From the NCBI GenBank assembly GCA_964016885.1, contig OZ024740.1, positions 204,476,001 through 204,540,000 of the forward strand: a DNA stretch of 64,000 nucleotides, given 5' to 3'. Below, piece by piece: positions 29,352-41,820 of this stretch. The stretch comes from Eledone cirrhosa. Lineage: Eukaryota. Made by a program: the position numbers and the translations under genes. Under the pieces are notes generated by a model that was not told the origin of the DNA, did not search any database, and saw nothing but the letters and a program-made list of their open reading frames with translations. How positions within the stretch are numbered: the stretch's first letter is position 1; every line of letters starts with the position of its first letter.

Positions 29352-31170
29352 GGCATACAAATACTAGCTCCTTCAACTGCGCAGAGGGTTCTATAGAAAT
29401 AGTGGACAGCTTCCGTTACCTGGGTGACAAAATCAGCAGTGGGGGAGGGTGCTCTGAAAGTACAGTAGCTAGAGTCAGAACTGGATGGAAAAAGTTCAGA
29501 GAGCTTATACCACTATTAGCCGCTAGAGGGTTCTCCCTAAAAATGAAAGGCAGGTTATACGATGCCTGCATACGAACAGCAATGCTGCATGGCAGTGAGA
29601 CCTGGGCATTGTGTGCAGAGGATATACGCAGACTAGAGAGGAACGAAGCTTGCATGCTCCGCTGGATGTGCAATAGTAATATACGTGAACGGCAAAGCAT
29701 AAACGAACTAAGGAAAAAATTAGAAATAAGAGGGATCAGATGTTGTTTACTCGAGAGAAGGCTACGTTGGTACGGTCACGTGATGCGCATGAAAGACGAC
29801 AGCTGTATAACAAAGTGCAGGGCAATAAAGATAGACGGTAGCCACGGAGTAGGCAGACCCAGAAAAACATGGGACGAGCTGATAAATTCCGACCTCACAC
29901 GCTTACACCTCTCCAAGACAATGTCACTGGACCGAGACCTTTGGCGGTACTCAGTAATAGAGAAGACCCGCCTTACCTAAATACAAAGTAAAAACCTACT
30001 ACAGTCAGTAGGCATCTCTATCAAAACACACCCCCGTCCCACCACCTCCACCCCACCCACACCGCCCCTTTCAATGTAAAGTTATGTTGGTCCCACAACA
30101 TCCAGGCCGAAACAAATGAGATCGTGTAGGTGTCACGACAAAAAACACACAGTCCACGCTGTAAATGTGGCCGTGTAGGCAACACGGTAAAAACCTCCCA
30201 GCCCCACACTGTAAATGTGGTTGGTGTTAGGAAGGGCATCCAGCTGTAGAAAACCCGCCAGACAGTCCACGCTGTAATGTGGCCGTGTAGGCAACACGGT
30301 AAAAACCTCCCAGCCCCACACTGTAAATGTGGTTGGTGTTAGGAAGGGCATCCAGCTGTAGAAAACCCGCCAGACAGTCCACGCTGTAATGTGGCCGTGT
30401 AGGCAACACGGTAAAAACCTCCCAGCCCCACACTGTAAATGTGGTTGGTGTTAGGAAGGGCATCCAACTGTAGAAAACCCGCCAGACAGTCCTATGCGAG
30501 CAAGACAACCACTCTTGCCTCAAGTGGGAAAACCCCCGTCCAAACCCATGCAAGCGTGGAACACGGACGCTAAACCTGATGATGATGATGATGATGATGA
30601 CGTCAAGACGGGCGGTCTCAAAAGTGAAAGTAAATTTATTTTCATTTTCGAACGTCGTGTTTACATTTTGTGTGTGTTTAGATCTAAATTAGTGTCGTTT
30701 TAACTGATTATATATATATGTATATGTGTGTGTGTGTGTGTAGTTGACGGTTGAGAGAAGCGTACTCAATACCCAAATAATCTTGTAATGAGGCTTGCAG
30801 AATGGTGAGTCCGCCATTCTAAACGCTGCTGCCTTGCAGAAGTCCCAAATCAAAGCTCTGACACTCTCGTCCCCATCATTCAGCAGGGATTTTGCCAGGC
30901 AGCCGCATCATCTCCGGTGGTTGGGCTTCCTATTCGGAAATTGAAGGTGTGATTTACGTTCATGATGTTGTGGTGCACGAACGGAACTTTGTAAATCCTG
31001 CGGACCTTGATGTGCACACACAGCTCATAGAGAACACATGGAGCCGTGCAAAGAAGAAGCTTCGTCGCCAGCATGTTTCGTTTGAACACACACACAAAAT
31101 GTAAACACGACGTTCGGAAATGAAAATAAATTTACTTTCACTTTTGAGACCGCTCGTCTTGACGTATGCC
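29352..31170 (+). mobile_element. Non-autonomous Merlin (IS1016/IS1595-like) DNA transposon
   Basis: TIR GGCATACGTCAAGACG.. of about 85 bp (left split by RTE; right 31086-31170). 8-bp TSD AATATACT (29344-51, 31171-78). Transposase remnant IIS.GWASY..HDVVVHERNFVNP..VHTQLIENTWSRAK at about 30890-31075. Confidence 0.88.
29359..30600 (+). mobile_element. 5'-truncated RTE LINE inserted in the Merlin left TIR
   Basis: ORF 29402-29980 closely matches the RTE C-terminus. 3' UTR has a 112-bp triplication, then a (GAT)n tail. Confidence 0.95.
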
Positions 31171-31470
31171 AATATACTTTAACATACGTTAATATTTTAA
31201 CACCTTAACATGCTAAACCCCTCCCCCAGCCCACCCTACTCCCGCCACACACACACACACACATAATACCCTTCTCCATTTCTACTAATGGAATCATTTT
31301 CCTACACACGCAAATAAAAAATATATATTTCTATTTTCTACCCTGCCGCCACCACCACCACTATCGACACAAACATTCAATTTATTTCAATAGAAAGTCT
31401 GAATTTTGACACCTCACCTCATCAGCCATACTCACTGAACCAGAACGCTTTCTCCCCTCCCTTTTCTTTT

Positions 31471-31925
31471 GTTTGGCACAAAATTCTCTATGACAAATCA
31501 TGTGACTGTGAAAATGGCAATAAAGAATCCCCAAACACGAACTGGCGCGAAATTTGATGTACTTATTCACGTGACAGTCATCAACCAGCCAAATTACACT
31601 TATAAAAAAACAATTTGAGCCACATTTTTAAAGGCAAATACAATAGGAACTTTGTAACGCGAACTGGCGCGAAATTTATTATACTTATTCACGTGACAGT
31701 CATCAACCAACCAAATTATTTTTTTTTTAAAACCTTGCAATTCGAGCCACTTTTTTCCGCATAAAACAGAAGTAACAATCGGACACCAACCAGATGCAAG
31801 AAAAACCACAAAACCTCCAACTCAATTCCACTTTTGAAAAGCATAAGAAGTGTGAAACCGGTAAAGGAAACAAATAAATATTCTTAAAAAGACTCCAGCT
31901 GCATTTTCGATTTCCTTCCCTTATA
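31471..31925 (+). repeat. About 455-bp inverted repeat, right arm
   Basis: Reverse complement of 27625-28079. Internal ~110-bp duplication (TTATTCACGTGACAGTCATCAACC). Confidence 0.85.
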
Positions 31926-32603
31926 CTTTTACTCGTGTAGGACATCTTGTTTTTTTCATTTTAAAAAAAACCCTCATTTTCTTTTATATATATATATATA
32001 AAAGAAAATGCGAGGTCTTATTGAATCTAACCCCTTTAATTACCCACAGTAACCAATACTTATGTCCCTCTCTCCTTTTCTCTTTTTTCGTTTTCTTCTT
32101 TTCTTCTCTTCCCTTTTTTTTTGTTCTGTTTTCTTTTCTTCTTTTTTCTCTTCCCTCTTTATATCTATATATATATTTATCTCTCCCCCCCCCCCCTCTC
32201 TCTCCCACTATAAACGATTTAATTCTCTTTAAACCCACTGTAAATTGAAGACATCAAGTCTACGAATCAAACTGATCGAGGAATCCTTCCATCTTTACCC
32301 CTCCCTCCATCACCGTTTGTCCCTCTACTTCCTAATTCTTCTCCCCCTTCCTCTCTCTATAGTAAATACGATTCCAAAAAAATGTTTTTTTATATATTAA
32401 GAACCTTTTACAAGTAATTTATTCATTATTTTGAAAATTTGGAGGTGAATAACAGTTATCGAGTGGCTTCTATTTGCAGTATAGCGATATAAAGTTGCAC
32501 TTACCAATGTAACGGTCGTAAATACCTGGATAAAATCCTTTTTTTAATGCTTACCTGTGTTTTCTCTTTTATTCTAGATATATATATATATATTTATATA
32601 TTA

Positions 32604-32845
32604 TATCATCTTCCACGCTAGCATGGGTTGGGTGGTTTTGTCCCACTAGAGCCAAGATTGGTCGGGAGACCGTGTCTCGCTCGTACAGAATTGTTTTGGC
32701 AGATTTTCTACGGCTGGATGCCCTTTCTAACACCAACCACATTTACAGTGTGGACTGGGAGCCTCTTTACAGTGTCTCCTACATGACTACTTTACTGTGT
32801 GGACTGGGTGCTTTTTGTCGTGTCAGCTACACGACCACTTTACAG
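32604..32845 (-). mobile_element. RTE 3' UTR fragment
   Basis: Matches 24490-24730 (TTCCACGCTAGCAT, GGTCGGGAGACCGTGTCTCGCTCGTAC, GGCTGGATGCCC). Confidence 0.8.
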
Positions 32846-32889
32846 TAGACGAAAGCATTTACTAAACAAACACTATAGTAGTTTCTATA

Positions 32890-35800
32890 TATTACTCTAT
32901 TACGTGTTCCAGCCGGCAGGCTGCAGCCATGCTGGGGCACCACCATTGATGCTACACTTTCTATAGCCAGCTTTCCTTGGCTGGTCATTGAAGCAAAAGG
33001 GAGTTTGTTGCTGCTGCTCTTATTTGCGCTTCGCCTCGTGCTGTGGGTTTATCCGGGATCTTGGTTAGTAGAATGTCGAGATGTCTCTTGAAAACAACTA
33101 CATACACACCATGTAGATCTCTCACATTTTGGCAGCTTATTAAAAAACTGAGGTCCTTTAAACCCCAGGCTATTGCACTATATGGTTCTTATTCTTGATG
33201 CGGTGGATGGGACCTTTGGTACTACACAGTTGAGTTCTATTTGTGGGCTGATTCTATTCCAGCCTTCAATGCCGAAGTTTGGTGCTAAACCTTCCAGGAT
33301 CTTCCACACGTATATCACTGCGTGTCACTCCCATCTGTGCTCCAGAGAGTAAAGCTCTAGTTTTTTTTCAGCCTCTCCCAGTAGCTCATCTCGTTCATTG
33401 AAGCAATCATCTTGGTGTAGCTTCATTGGATTGCTTCAAGTTCTGCAGTTAGTTTGACACTGTCGGTTGGCCGCATCTGAGAGTAACAGTCGGCTAAGAA
33501 CGAAAGTTCTCCAGGGGTTTCCAGGTCTCTTGTCCTGAAAGTCCTCAGAATCCAACCCACCAGTTGTCTGCACATTGCCATCATGTTGGCGATGTGTGCA
33601 TGAAATGATCATGTCACTACCCAGATCCTGTATTGATTTTGACTCAGGGATTTTAATTCCTCCTGGTCCAGTATACCTTTGTTGTGGTGGTCCTATGTCT
33701 GTGGATTGATAGCGGAGGGCTAGAAACCTACCTGTATTAAATTGCATATTGTTCTTTTCAGCCCATCTGTATATGGCATCTAAATCTTGTTGTAAGAGAG
33801 CAGCATCAGCCAATTTCTTGATTGTCTGTGCTACTTCCATTACTTTCATGTCATCAGCATAGCTTGTGATGGAGACTGCCCGTATTGCAGAGGGCATGTC
33901 TGAGAGAGCCACCAGAAACAGTAGTAGCTCCATGACAGTTCCCTGTAGAACACTACTTGTTATTGACGTTTCCTTTGAGAGAGCTCCATTAACTGCAACA
34001 GTATGGCTTCTGTCTTAAAAATTCATGAAGCCATTCACCTAGTTTTCCAGCTATGCCTTTGCAAAGTCGAGATATATCGCATCCACGTTCGAACGGTCTA
34101 GCAGCTGTTTCAGTATCTAGTCATAATGCTGCAACTTCTAACCAGACGAAAGCCATGCTGGGTGTCAGTTAGAAACCATTTTCCTCTAGAAAAGTAATGT
34201 TTCCTTCTGATGATTCGTTCCATGATTTTGCTGATATGCGAGGTCAGTTAGACAGGCCTGTAGTTTTTAGCATCTTTTCTGCTTCCTTCTTTATGGATAA
34301 GACATATGCCTTCTTTTAGTTTTCCGGGTAGTTTACCACTTGCAAAGGATCTTTGGAATAGGATCTTCAATGGGCTTGCTAATATTCGCTTGCATGTTTT
34401 AGGAGGATTGCTGGGAAACCATCAGGGCCAGCAGTTGAAATTGGTTTCATTTCGTCTATGGCTGATATTACATCTTTCATCTTTATATCTATGTGGTTGA
34501 TGGTTACAATTTCTCTGTTTAATGCAGTGGTTTTAAAGAACGTATTTGTCTTATTTATTTGCATGTGGTGCATTGGAGGTGTGAAAACCCTTTTGTATTG
34601 TTCATTTAGTGCCTCACTTATCTCTTGAGGATCTGCAGTCAGTGGGCCACTTTTTTTTGGAAAAGTAGCCCTATCCCTTAGTGTACCGAGGCAGTTTCTT
34701 TTGTAAATTTAAAGAAGGCCTTAATGTTCGTCTTTATGTTTTCTATGGCCCTGGCTTCTCTTTCTGGCCTCTCTTTTTTATGGGAAAGTTAGAGTTTATT
34801 TTTAATTTGAAGTGCCTACTTGAAATGGGATTCCTTTTTGTTCCTTGTTTGTATATGTAGCCGGTTTGAGACCTTCGTTCTTCTTCTCATGAGGATTTTC
34901 CTGTCTCTGGGAATAATATTTTTGTGTCTGTTCGCCTTTCTTTCCGGGGCAAACTTGGGGGATATGGCTTGTATTATTTCCATGAATTGCTCAAGTTGTA
35001 TGTTGACATCTTCCATAGAGAAACTGTCGGTCCAGTTTTGCTTCAGGGGCGCCTCCTAAATCCTTTTCCAGTTAGCCTTATGGAAGTTCAAGCTGGATAG
35101 AGACCGAGTGCTTCCTGTCGGCTACATATCTACAGTCTTTCTCCGATTATACATTATTAGTTCTACTATGTTATGGTCCGAGAAAATCGTTGGTGTCACT
35201 TTCACATTGTGGATGAGCTCCGTGTTATTTGTGAAGCAGAGTATTCTCACCTGTCTCCTCTTCATCGGGGAAATATGTGCAACCTCGGCATACTTCCTGA
35301 GCAGTGACCCTGTGTGCTGTATTATTTGTCCATGTTAGTTTTGGCTGGAGTATTTGGAATGAGCAGGTTGGGCACAGCTTGAATAGAGTCTGGTGTGTGC
35401 AAAACTGAAGCTTGTCCCAGCTCCTTCATGCCAGCATTTCCCTTTCTTGTAAAACTTAGAGTACTTGGGCTTTCTTTTTCCCAGGATCTCTGTTTTTCCT
35501 AATTCTAGCCTTATTCGCCTCAGCATTTATCCACTGGTCGCCTCCTGTCTCTTTATTTGCGTGTTTCTACTTATTGGGTCTGGTGGTTCTTTAGTTTACC
35601 TTTGCTCCATTCCAGTGTTTCATTTTATTTTCCTTCTTCTTTACTGATATTGTCTGCGTCACAAGCCATCTCACTCTCGTTGGCTTTCAGATCTTTCTGG
35701 GCTTCTGTGGGTCCTTTGTGGCTCGTATTTTTTCTTTTCTTTTTTTACTTTCTTTCGTCTCCTCTGTGAAAATAGGACTCAGCTGATCTATATGTGGCCT

Positions 35801-35940
35801 AATGAGCCTATGGACACGAATAAATTAGTTCTTTCTTCGCTCTATCTGTGCCAGCGTTCTCAGAAAGCCACAGTATTGCATGGTTTCCTTAATTAACTTG
35901 TTTGATGGAAAATCACCGGCCAAGCTCCATACTCTGAGCA
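32890..35940 (-). mobile_element. Decayed CR1-group LINE
   Basis: AGPDGFPAILLK, YLDFAK, ITSYADD, W(A)EKNNMQFN, LSYWERL motifs across frames. Confidence 0.85.
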
Positions 35941-36019
35941 TTCTCTCTAATTCTCTCAATTTCCAGTTGTGTTGACTTTTGTTTTCATTTTCATGAACAT
36001 TGTTCGTATTTTTCTTTTA

Positions 36020-36745
36020 AATACCATAGCGTTTAAACAACACTCTTGCGTCAAACTCACAAGACGCGTGTCGGATTCCTTGCACCGGTGGCACTGCCCA
36101 TCATGCCTATCCACCCCGACACTACAGGTGGTCACAGGCCCCCGACCCAACGGGGACCTGAACCCTTTCGACTCGGACGAGTATCTGGTGGAGATCTCCT
36201 GCCTCAGGCAGTCGCGGAGAGTCGTCACCAGGATACCCAGGCCTGCCCGTACTCCCATGGCTGAAGCGCTAGCGATTTCAATAGACTGAGCGCTTGATTC
36301 GGGCGATCCACAAGACTGGACCAGACTATTCAGTTTTGCTACTCTCATACTCAGTTTCCCGTTGGTGGGGAACCCGGCGGGGAGAGACAGATCTGGCCCA
36401 ATCCTGGCTTTCAAGCCTCAAGGACAATGTCACCTCTTTCTGCAACCCTTCGCCCGCGAACCTCTCGGCACTCTCGTGCTGCCCACCACCGCCTCCAATC
36501 CACCGACGACGGCACAAAACGTCTCCGGGACAGAGACCACCTCAAACTAATTGAGGGTGACGTCTCAGCGGCTGTTCGTGTGTTGGCCTCAAGTGACGCT
36601 GTGCTCCGGCCAGCACCGTTTGTTTTGTCAGTGCTGCGCTTCAAATATCTGGACCCTCCTGTCGACATCAGGGACGCTCCAGCCCTGGCCAGCAATCTCT
36701 CCTCGGCAGCATCCAGTGAGGACGTGGTAGCCGCCCTAAGGTCAA
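36020..36745 (+). mobile_element. N-terminal fragment of CRE-type retrotransposon
   Basis: GC-rich. HSCVK..WHCPSC zinc finger, RIPRPAR..A..L, KLIEGDVSAAVRVLASSD, VVAALRS. Confidence 0.6.
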
Positions 36746-37040
36746 GTCCAGCCCATAAGTTAACATTATCAAGCCAGCGTTTTGGTTGTCGACCCATGCT
36801 TTTCTTACCGGCTAACTTTCTTTCTAGGCATAACTTACTCACACAACCAGTTGATCTTTTGATATGACCATCCAGTTAACGTAATTCTCAGAGAGATTTA
36901 GCATAACACAGGATGTGACAAAGCTGGCCTCTGAATAACAGTAATAACTCAGCTTTTCCAACTGAGTGGCTGGAGCCACCTATCTACACACACGCATATG
37001 TGCGTATATGTATATAGATATATAGATGTGTGTGGGTGTG

Positions 37041-37347
37041 CAGAGTTGGATTTAGACCTTGGGGTCTCGGAGCACTTCAAGTTTGGGAGTCCCTTCATAC
37101 AGAAAAAATTAGAATCCACAGCAAACTCCCCAATTTTACATATCAAAGTTAGCTTGGCACAAATAATTGGAATTGAAAATTTATACATACAGGTATTAAA
37201 TTCAAAAATTCTAACCATCCTAAACCTAAAAAGCCCAGTTGAGGGCACAAAAAAATTGCTACGGCCGTCGCTGGTTGAGCCCCCCCATTGTAGGGGGCCT
37301 GCGGCAGTTATCCCCTTTGCTCCCCCCCCCCATTAAATCTGGCTCTG
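37041..37347. mobile_element. MITE with hAT-like TIRs
   Basis: CAGAGTTGGATTTA ... TAAATCTGGCTCTG imperfect terminal inverted repeats. No clear TSD. Confidence 0.5.
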
Positions 37348-37666
37348 CACACACACACACATATGTGCATGTATGTATATAGATATAGATGTGTGTGTGT
37401 GTGTGTGTACGTGCGCGCGCGCGCGCGAAAAGTAAAGAAACAACAAAGCAGACAACACAGTACAATGAAGAAATATATTAGTTTAACGCTTGATATAGTA
37501 GAAAACAGTGTTTACGTTTCGAACACTAGTCTTTCGTCAGAATATTGAATGAGAAATAAAAGATGAAATAGAAAAATGGGGAGTGAGGAGAGAAAAGAAG
37601 GAAAAGATTTTTTTGGAAAAAAAGCACATGTGTTCAGTCAGCAATTTGGGGGATATATATATATAT

Positions 37667-37880
37667 AATGAATGGACCTGTTATTTTTATCTAAAGACAT
37701 TTTTTTCCAATTCCAGCCTGTCCGTCTCCTCAATCTATCTTATTTCTCATTCTTTCTTCTGATGAAGGACTAGCGTCCGAAACATTAAGACCCTCTTCCT
37801 GCTATATCAGGCGTTAACCTAATATATCCCTTCCATATACTGTACCGATTGTGTTGTTATTTCTGTTTACCTTTTACATA
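37667..37880 (+). mobile_element. Solo pseudo-LTR of the PLE at 12399-15590
   Basis: Homologous to 15393-15590, flanked by (TA)n. Confidence 0.88.
37755..37790 (+). ncRNA. Minimal type I hammerhead ribozyme
   Basis: TCTT-CTGATGA-aGGAC tagc GTCC-GAAA-CA-TT-AAGA. Stem III palindrome disrupted (G>A) relative to the 15465 copy. Confidence 0.72.
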
Positions 37881-37893
37881 CATATATATATAT

Positions 37894-38700
37894 ATCTGTA
37901 TATATATAAAATTAAGTATGTGTGTGTGTCTGTGTCTGTGTATTACCTATAGGGCCTACATCTTACGACTGATTTTCATGAAACTTTACAGGCTCATAGA
38001 TTAGTCATCGGGGAGTGTTTTCTATATATCAGCGTATCGTTTTTTTATTCTGGGGTCATTCTGCAGATAAAAATCGATGGCGGGGGCACCTTTTTTTAGG
38101 TATCAAAAAATAAGATTTTTGGCTCTAGCTCCCACATTTTGCCACTGATTTTGTTCAAATTTTAAAGCAAAATAGAATTTATCATTGCACATCCTGTAAT
38201 GGCTTTATATTTTGTATTTGTTGTTCAGGGACGGTGTGGCAGCCGCTTAAATATTCAAAAATACCACTTTTTACTCAAATTTCCACTTTTTCGGCTCTAG
38301 CTGCCACATTAATCAACCTACTTTGTTCAAATTTTACACTACGCTAGATCTGATTATTTCACGTCTTAAATTGGCTTTACATTTTGGATTTTTTGTTCAG
38401 GAACGGCGTTGCAGCCGCTTAAATATTCGAAAATACCACCTTTTCGCTCAAATTTCCGCCTTTTCGGCTCTAGCTCCCACATTTTTCAACCGATTTCGTT
38501 CAAATTAGAAACTCCCTCCACCAGCATGCCCCTTCGTCAGTCACCCGCGTTTCTCAGTGATAGAGCTCATCACCACCCTCCCCCGCATGGCCTGTGTGTG
38601 GCCATAGATGAGTCATCGAGAAGCAGTCGCTAAGATCAACACCTTTTCATCAAAGCAGATATTATTTTACCTACCCAGGCAACGCTGGGTACTGCTGCAA

Positions 38701-38702
<2 letters not shown>
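37894..38702 (+). mobile_element. Non-autonomous Helitron-like element
   Basis: 5' TCTGTATATATATAAAA, GT microsatellite, GATTTTCATGAAACTTT, internal ~175-bp repeats, 3' CCCAGgcaacgCTGGG hairpin then CAAG (CTAG-like). Confidence 0.65.
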
Positions 38703-38759
<57 letters not shown>

Positions 38760-39192
38760 ATATATGTGTATATATACATATGTATATAACATCATTATCA
38801 TCATAAACGTTTAACATCTGTTTTTCATGCTTGCATAGGTTTGATGGGTTGTCATGTTCTGAGACAATTCAGATGACTGCCTCATAATCATACCATCCAT
38901 TCTGGCATGGTCTCTAAGATTAGGAATAGTATCTAGCCCTTCCTAAATCCACCTATTTCACGACATGTAAGGGTGCGTTTTATCGTGGCACCAGCACTAC
39001 CACATTTCAGGATGGGCAGGATGCATTATATTGTGGCACCAGCGCTACCATATTTCAACACTAGCACACTTGTATCTTCGGCCATGTATATGATGTATAT
39101 GTGGGTGTGTACATAAAGCACACACGCATATTATATATACAATATATATACGTTGTAGTGCACCTGAGCACTGTACATAATAATTTCATTAT

Positions 39193-39224
<32 letters not shown>

Positions 39225-39438
39225 CAGAGAGAGAAGGGGGGGGGGGGGGGCATAATTCCGACCGCTAAGCGGTTTTTGGCTTGGGAGACACAAGTCGAAA
39301 CCGCTTGGTACCACAGTCGGAATTATACCTATCTCTATACCCACTCTGTATCTCCCCATGCATTGACTACTCCCATGAGTTGCGAACTCCTTGGTCTCAG
39401 TACTGCTGACTCTCTCTCTCTTTCTCTCTCCCTCTCTT

Positions 39439-39475
<37 letters not shown>

Positions 39476-39570
39476 TTATTTATATATATATATATATATT
39501 TATTTATTTATTTATATATATATATATATACATATATATTTATTTATTTATTTATATATATATATATATA

Positions 39571-39602
<32 letters not shown>

Positions 39603-39610
39603 CATATATA

Positions 39611-39647
<37 letters not shown>

Positions 39648-40422
39648 GTAGGAGGTGAGTTTTATTGTAGTACAATAAAGCAAATCCTTCAATATACAAA
39701 CCTTAACTTTACATTATTTTTCTCAAATCCTTCAATATACAAACCTTAACTTTACATTATTTTTCTCTTCGTTAATTTTCAAATTTCTATAATACCTGTT
39801 TTACTCTTTCTACATCACCCATATTTATCACTTCCTTTTCTTCTCTTCTAATATCTAACCCCTAATCTGTACCTTTTCTCACTCTTGCCTAACATAGAAT
39901 CAATTATTACATAATACAACACATTCTTACTCTATATCACCTTATAAAAATCCTTCGTAAACATATACAATTTTTTTTTACGTTAGAATATTCATCCGCA
40001 ATTCATTATTCTTTTCTCCCTATCATCTAACTCATTATTCTCAATACATATTAACTCCTTCTCTTTCTTCGCACATATTTTTCTCTTTTTCTCTTCGTTA
40101 ATTTTCAAATTCTTTTAATTTATACATTATTTTCCAACGGTTTTCAACCTCTCTATGTAAAACAATATATCTTTTTCAGTTATAAAAACTATCTCTCTCT
40201 CTCTATCACCCATCTCTCCTCCTATCTCATCCTTCCTCACTATACTCCTCCCTCTCCACCTTCACTCTCATCTCCTCCTCTTTTTTCATCCTTTCCACCC
40301 CACCCCCCTCTAAATAAAATATTTTTCCCAATATCACACATCAATCTAAACTACTTCTCATATGTTGATTTAAAACTGAACTATCCACAAGTGTTTTTTA
40401 GCCTTCATATCATGTCCTCCTG

Positions 40423-40489
40423 TTTTATCTGATGAAAACACAAATATTATTGCATGATGATATTTGTTTTTGAAATGCGCATAATAAAA
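40423..40489 (+). ncRNA. Type I hammerhead ribozyme
   Basis: TTTTAT-CTGATGA-AAAcACAAATATTAT tgcatg ATGATATTTGTtTTT-GAAA-TGCGCA-TA-ATAAAA. Palindromic stem III, followed by (TA)n. Confidence 0.87.
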
Positions 40490-40521
40490 TACATGGAACT
40501 CCTTTAACCATCTTTTGTTCT

Positions 40522-40559
<38 letters not shown>

Positions 40560-41199
40560 TAAAGACTTAGCAATGTGGGATTGTTTTGAAACTCTCGTAT
40601 AATAGATATCACACCACCCGGTCTGTCTTCCTCCATTCTTCCTTCTTACCTTTTCTATGCATTGGCATCAGTGTTTGGCTGCATGTTGGACAAAAGGCCA
40701 TATTATACTCTTCTCTTTCACTCCTGCCTACATCTTCTCTCCTATAGTTATGCGGTGGCATATAGTTCACTTTCATCTTTGATACTTGACACCCTTTTGG
40801 TATTATTTCGTCTATATTTGTGAATTGCACCTATATATATAATATATATACATATACATATATCATATATACATATATATATATATATATATTTAACGAA
40901 GGGTATAAGAAAGAAATAGTTAGATGGATTAACAAAGTTATTAGATGAAATAACATGAATAAAGATTTTTAGTTTATATATGGTTTACTTTACTTCAATC
41001 AAAAAGTACAATAAAACAGTTACCAAGAGTTGCAAAGGTTAGCAATGTTATTTTGTTGTTGATATGAAAACAGCGAGCAACGAGATGAAGTTTGTTGGTG
41101 GTTAAAGTTTGTTGCAGTCGTCATAGTAGTTTTCGGTGTGAGTCTGAGACCATAGTGAGTGAGAGATAGTAATGGTCTGTAATTGATTGTAGACCACTG

Positions 41200-41590
41200 T
41201 GGCTTGTAGATAGTGGAATATCTTCCACATAGCGAGTCTGTAGTAGTAGGGCTCTGATCTCTCTGTATCTCTGTAGACCTCTAGGGTCTGTTGATAGCAG
41301 TGAATCTTTACATAGTTTGTTGTGTATCGTTGAGCTCCGATCTATCTATTTCTGTAGACTTCTAGGGTCTGTTGATAGCAGTGAATCTTTACATAGTTTG
41401 TTGTGTATCGTTGAGCTCCGATCTATCTATTTCTGTAGACCACTGGGGTCTGTTGATAGCAGTGAATCTTTACATAGTTTGTTCTGTAGTGGGGTGCTCC
41501 GATGTCTCTGTGTTTCTGTAGACCTCAAGGGCCTGAAGGTAGCGGTGAATCTTTACATAGTTAGTTGCTAGCGTAATGCTCCGATCTTTC
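41200..41590. repeat. About 81-bp tandem repeat, 4-5 copies
   Basis: CTGTAGAC..GGGTCTGTTGATAGCAGTGAATCTTTACATAGTTTGTT..GCTCCGAT repeated. Confidence 0.88.
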
Positions 41591-41752
41591 TGTCCAAGGT
41601 AGGAAAATATAGGCTTTATATACCTGTCACTTTCTGCCTCCCACCTTTAGGGGATAGCCAACGCATCAACCTGTTCATACCAAAAGGGTGGTGACCTAGA
41701 ATGTTATCTTTAGGTGTCACCCAAGGTTCAAGGCATGGACAGATTTCACTAC

Positions 41753-41819
<67 letters not shown>

Positions 41820-41820
<1 letters not shown>

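Noticed and set aside
31360-31435. Minus-strand CTGATGA..GAAA motif
   Set aside because: Stems I and II are poor and there is no valid UH in register.
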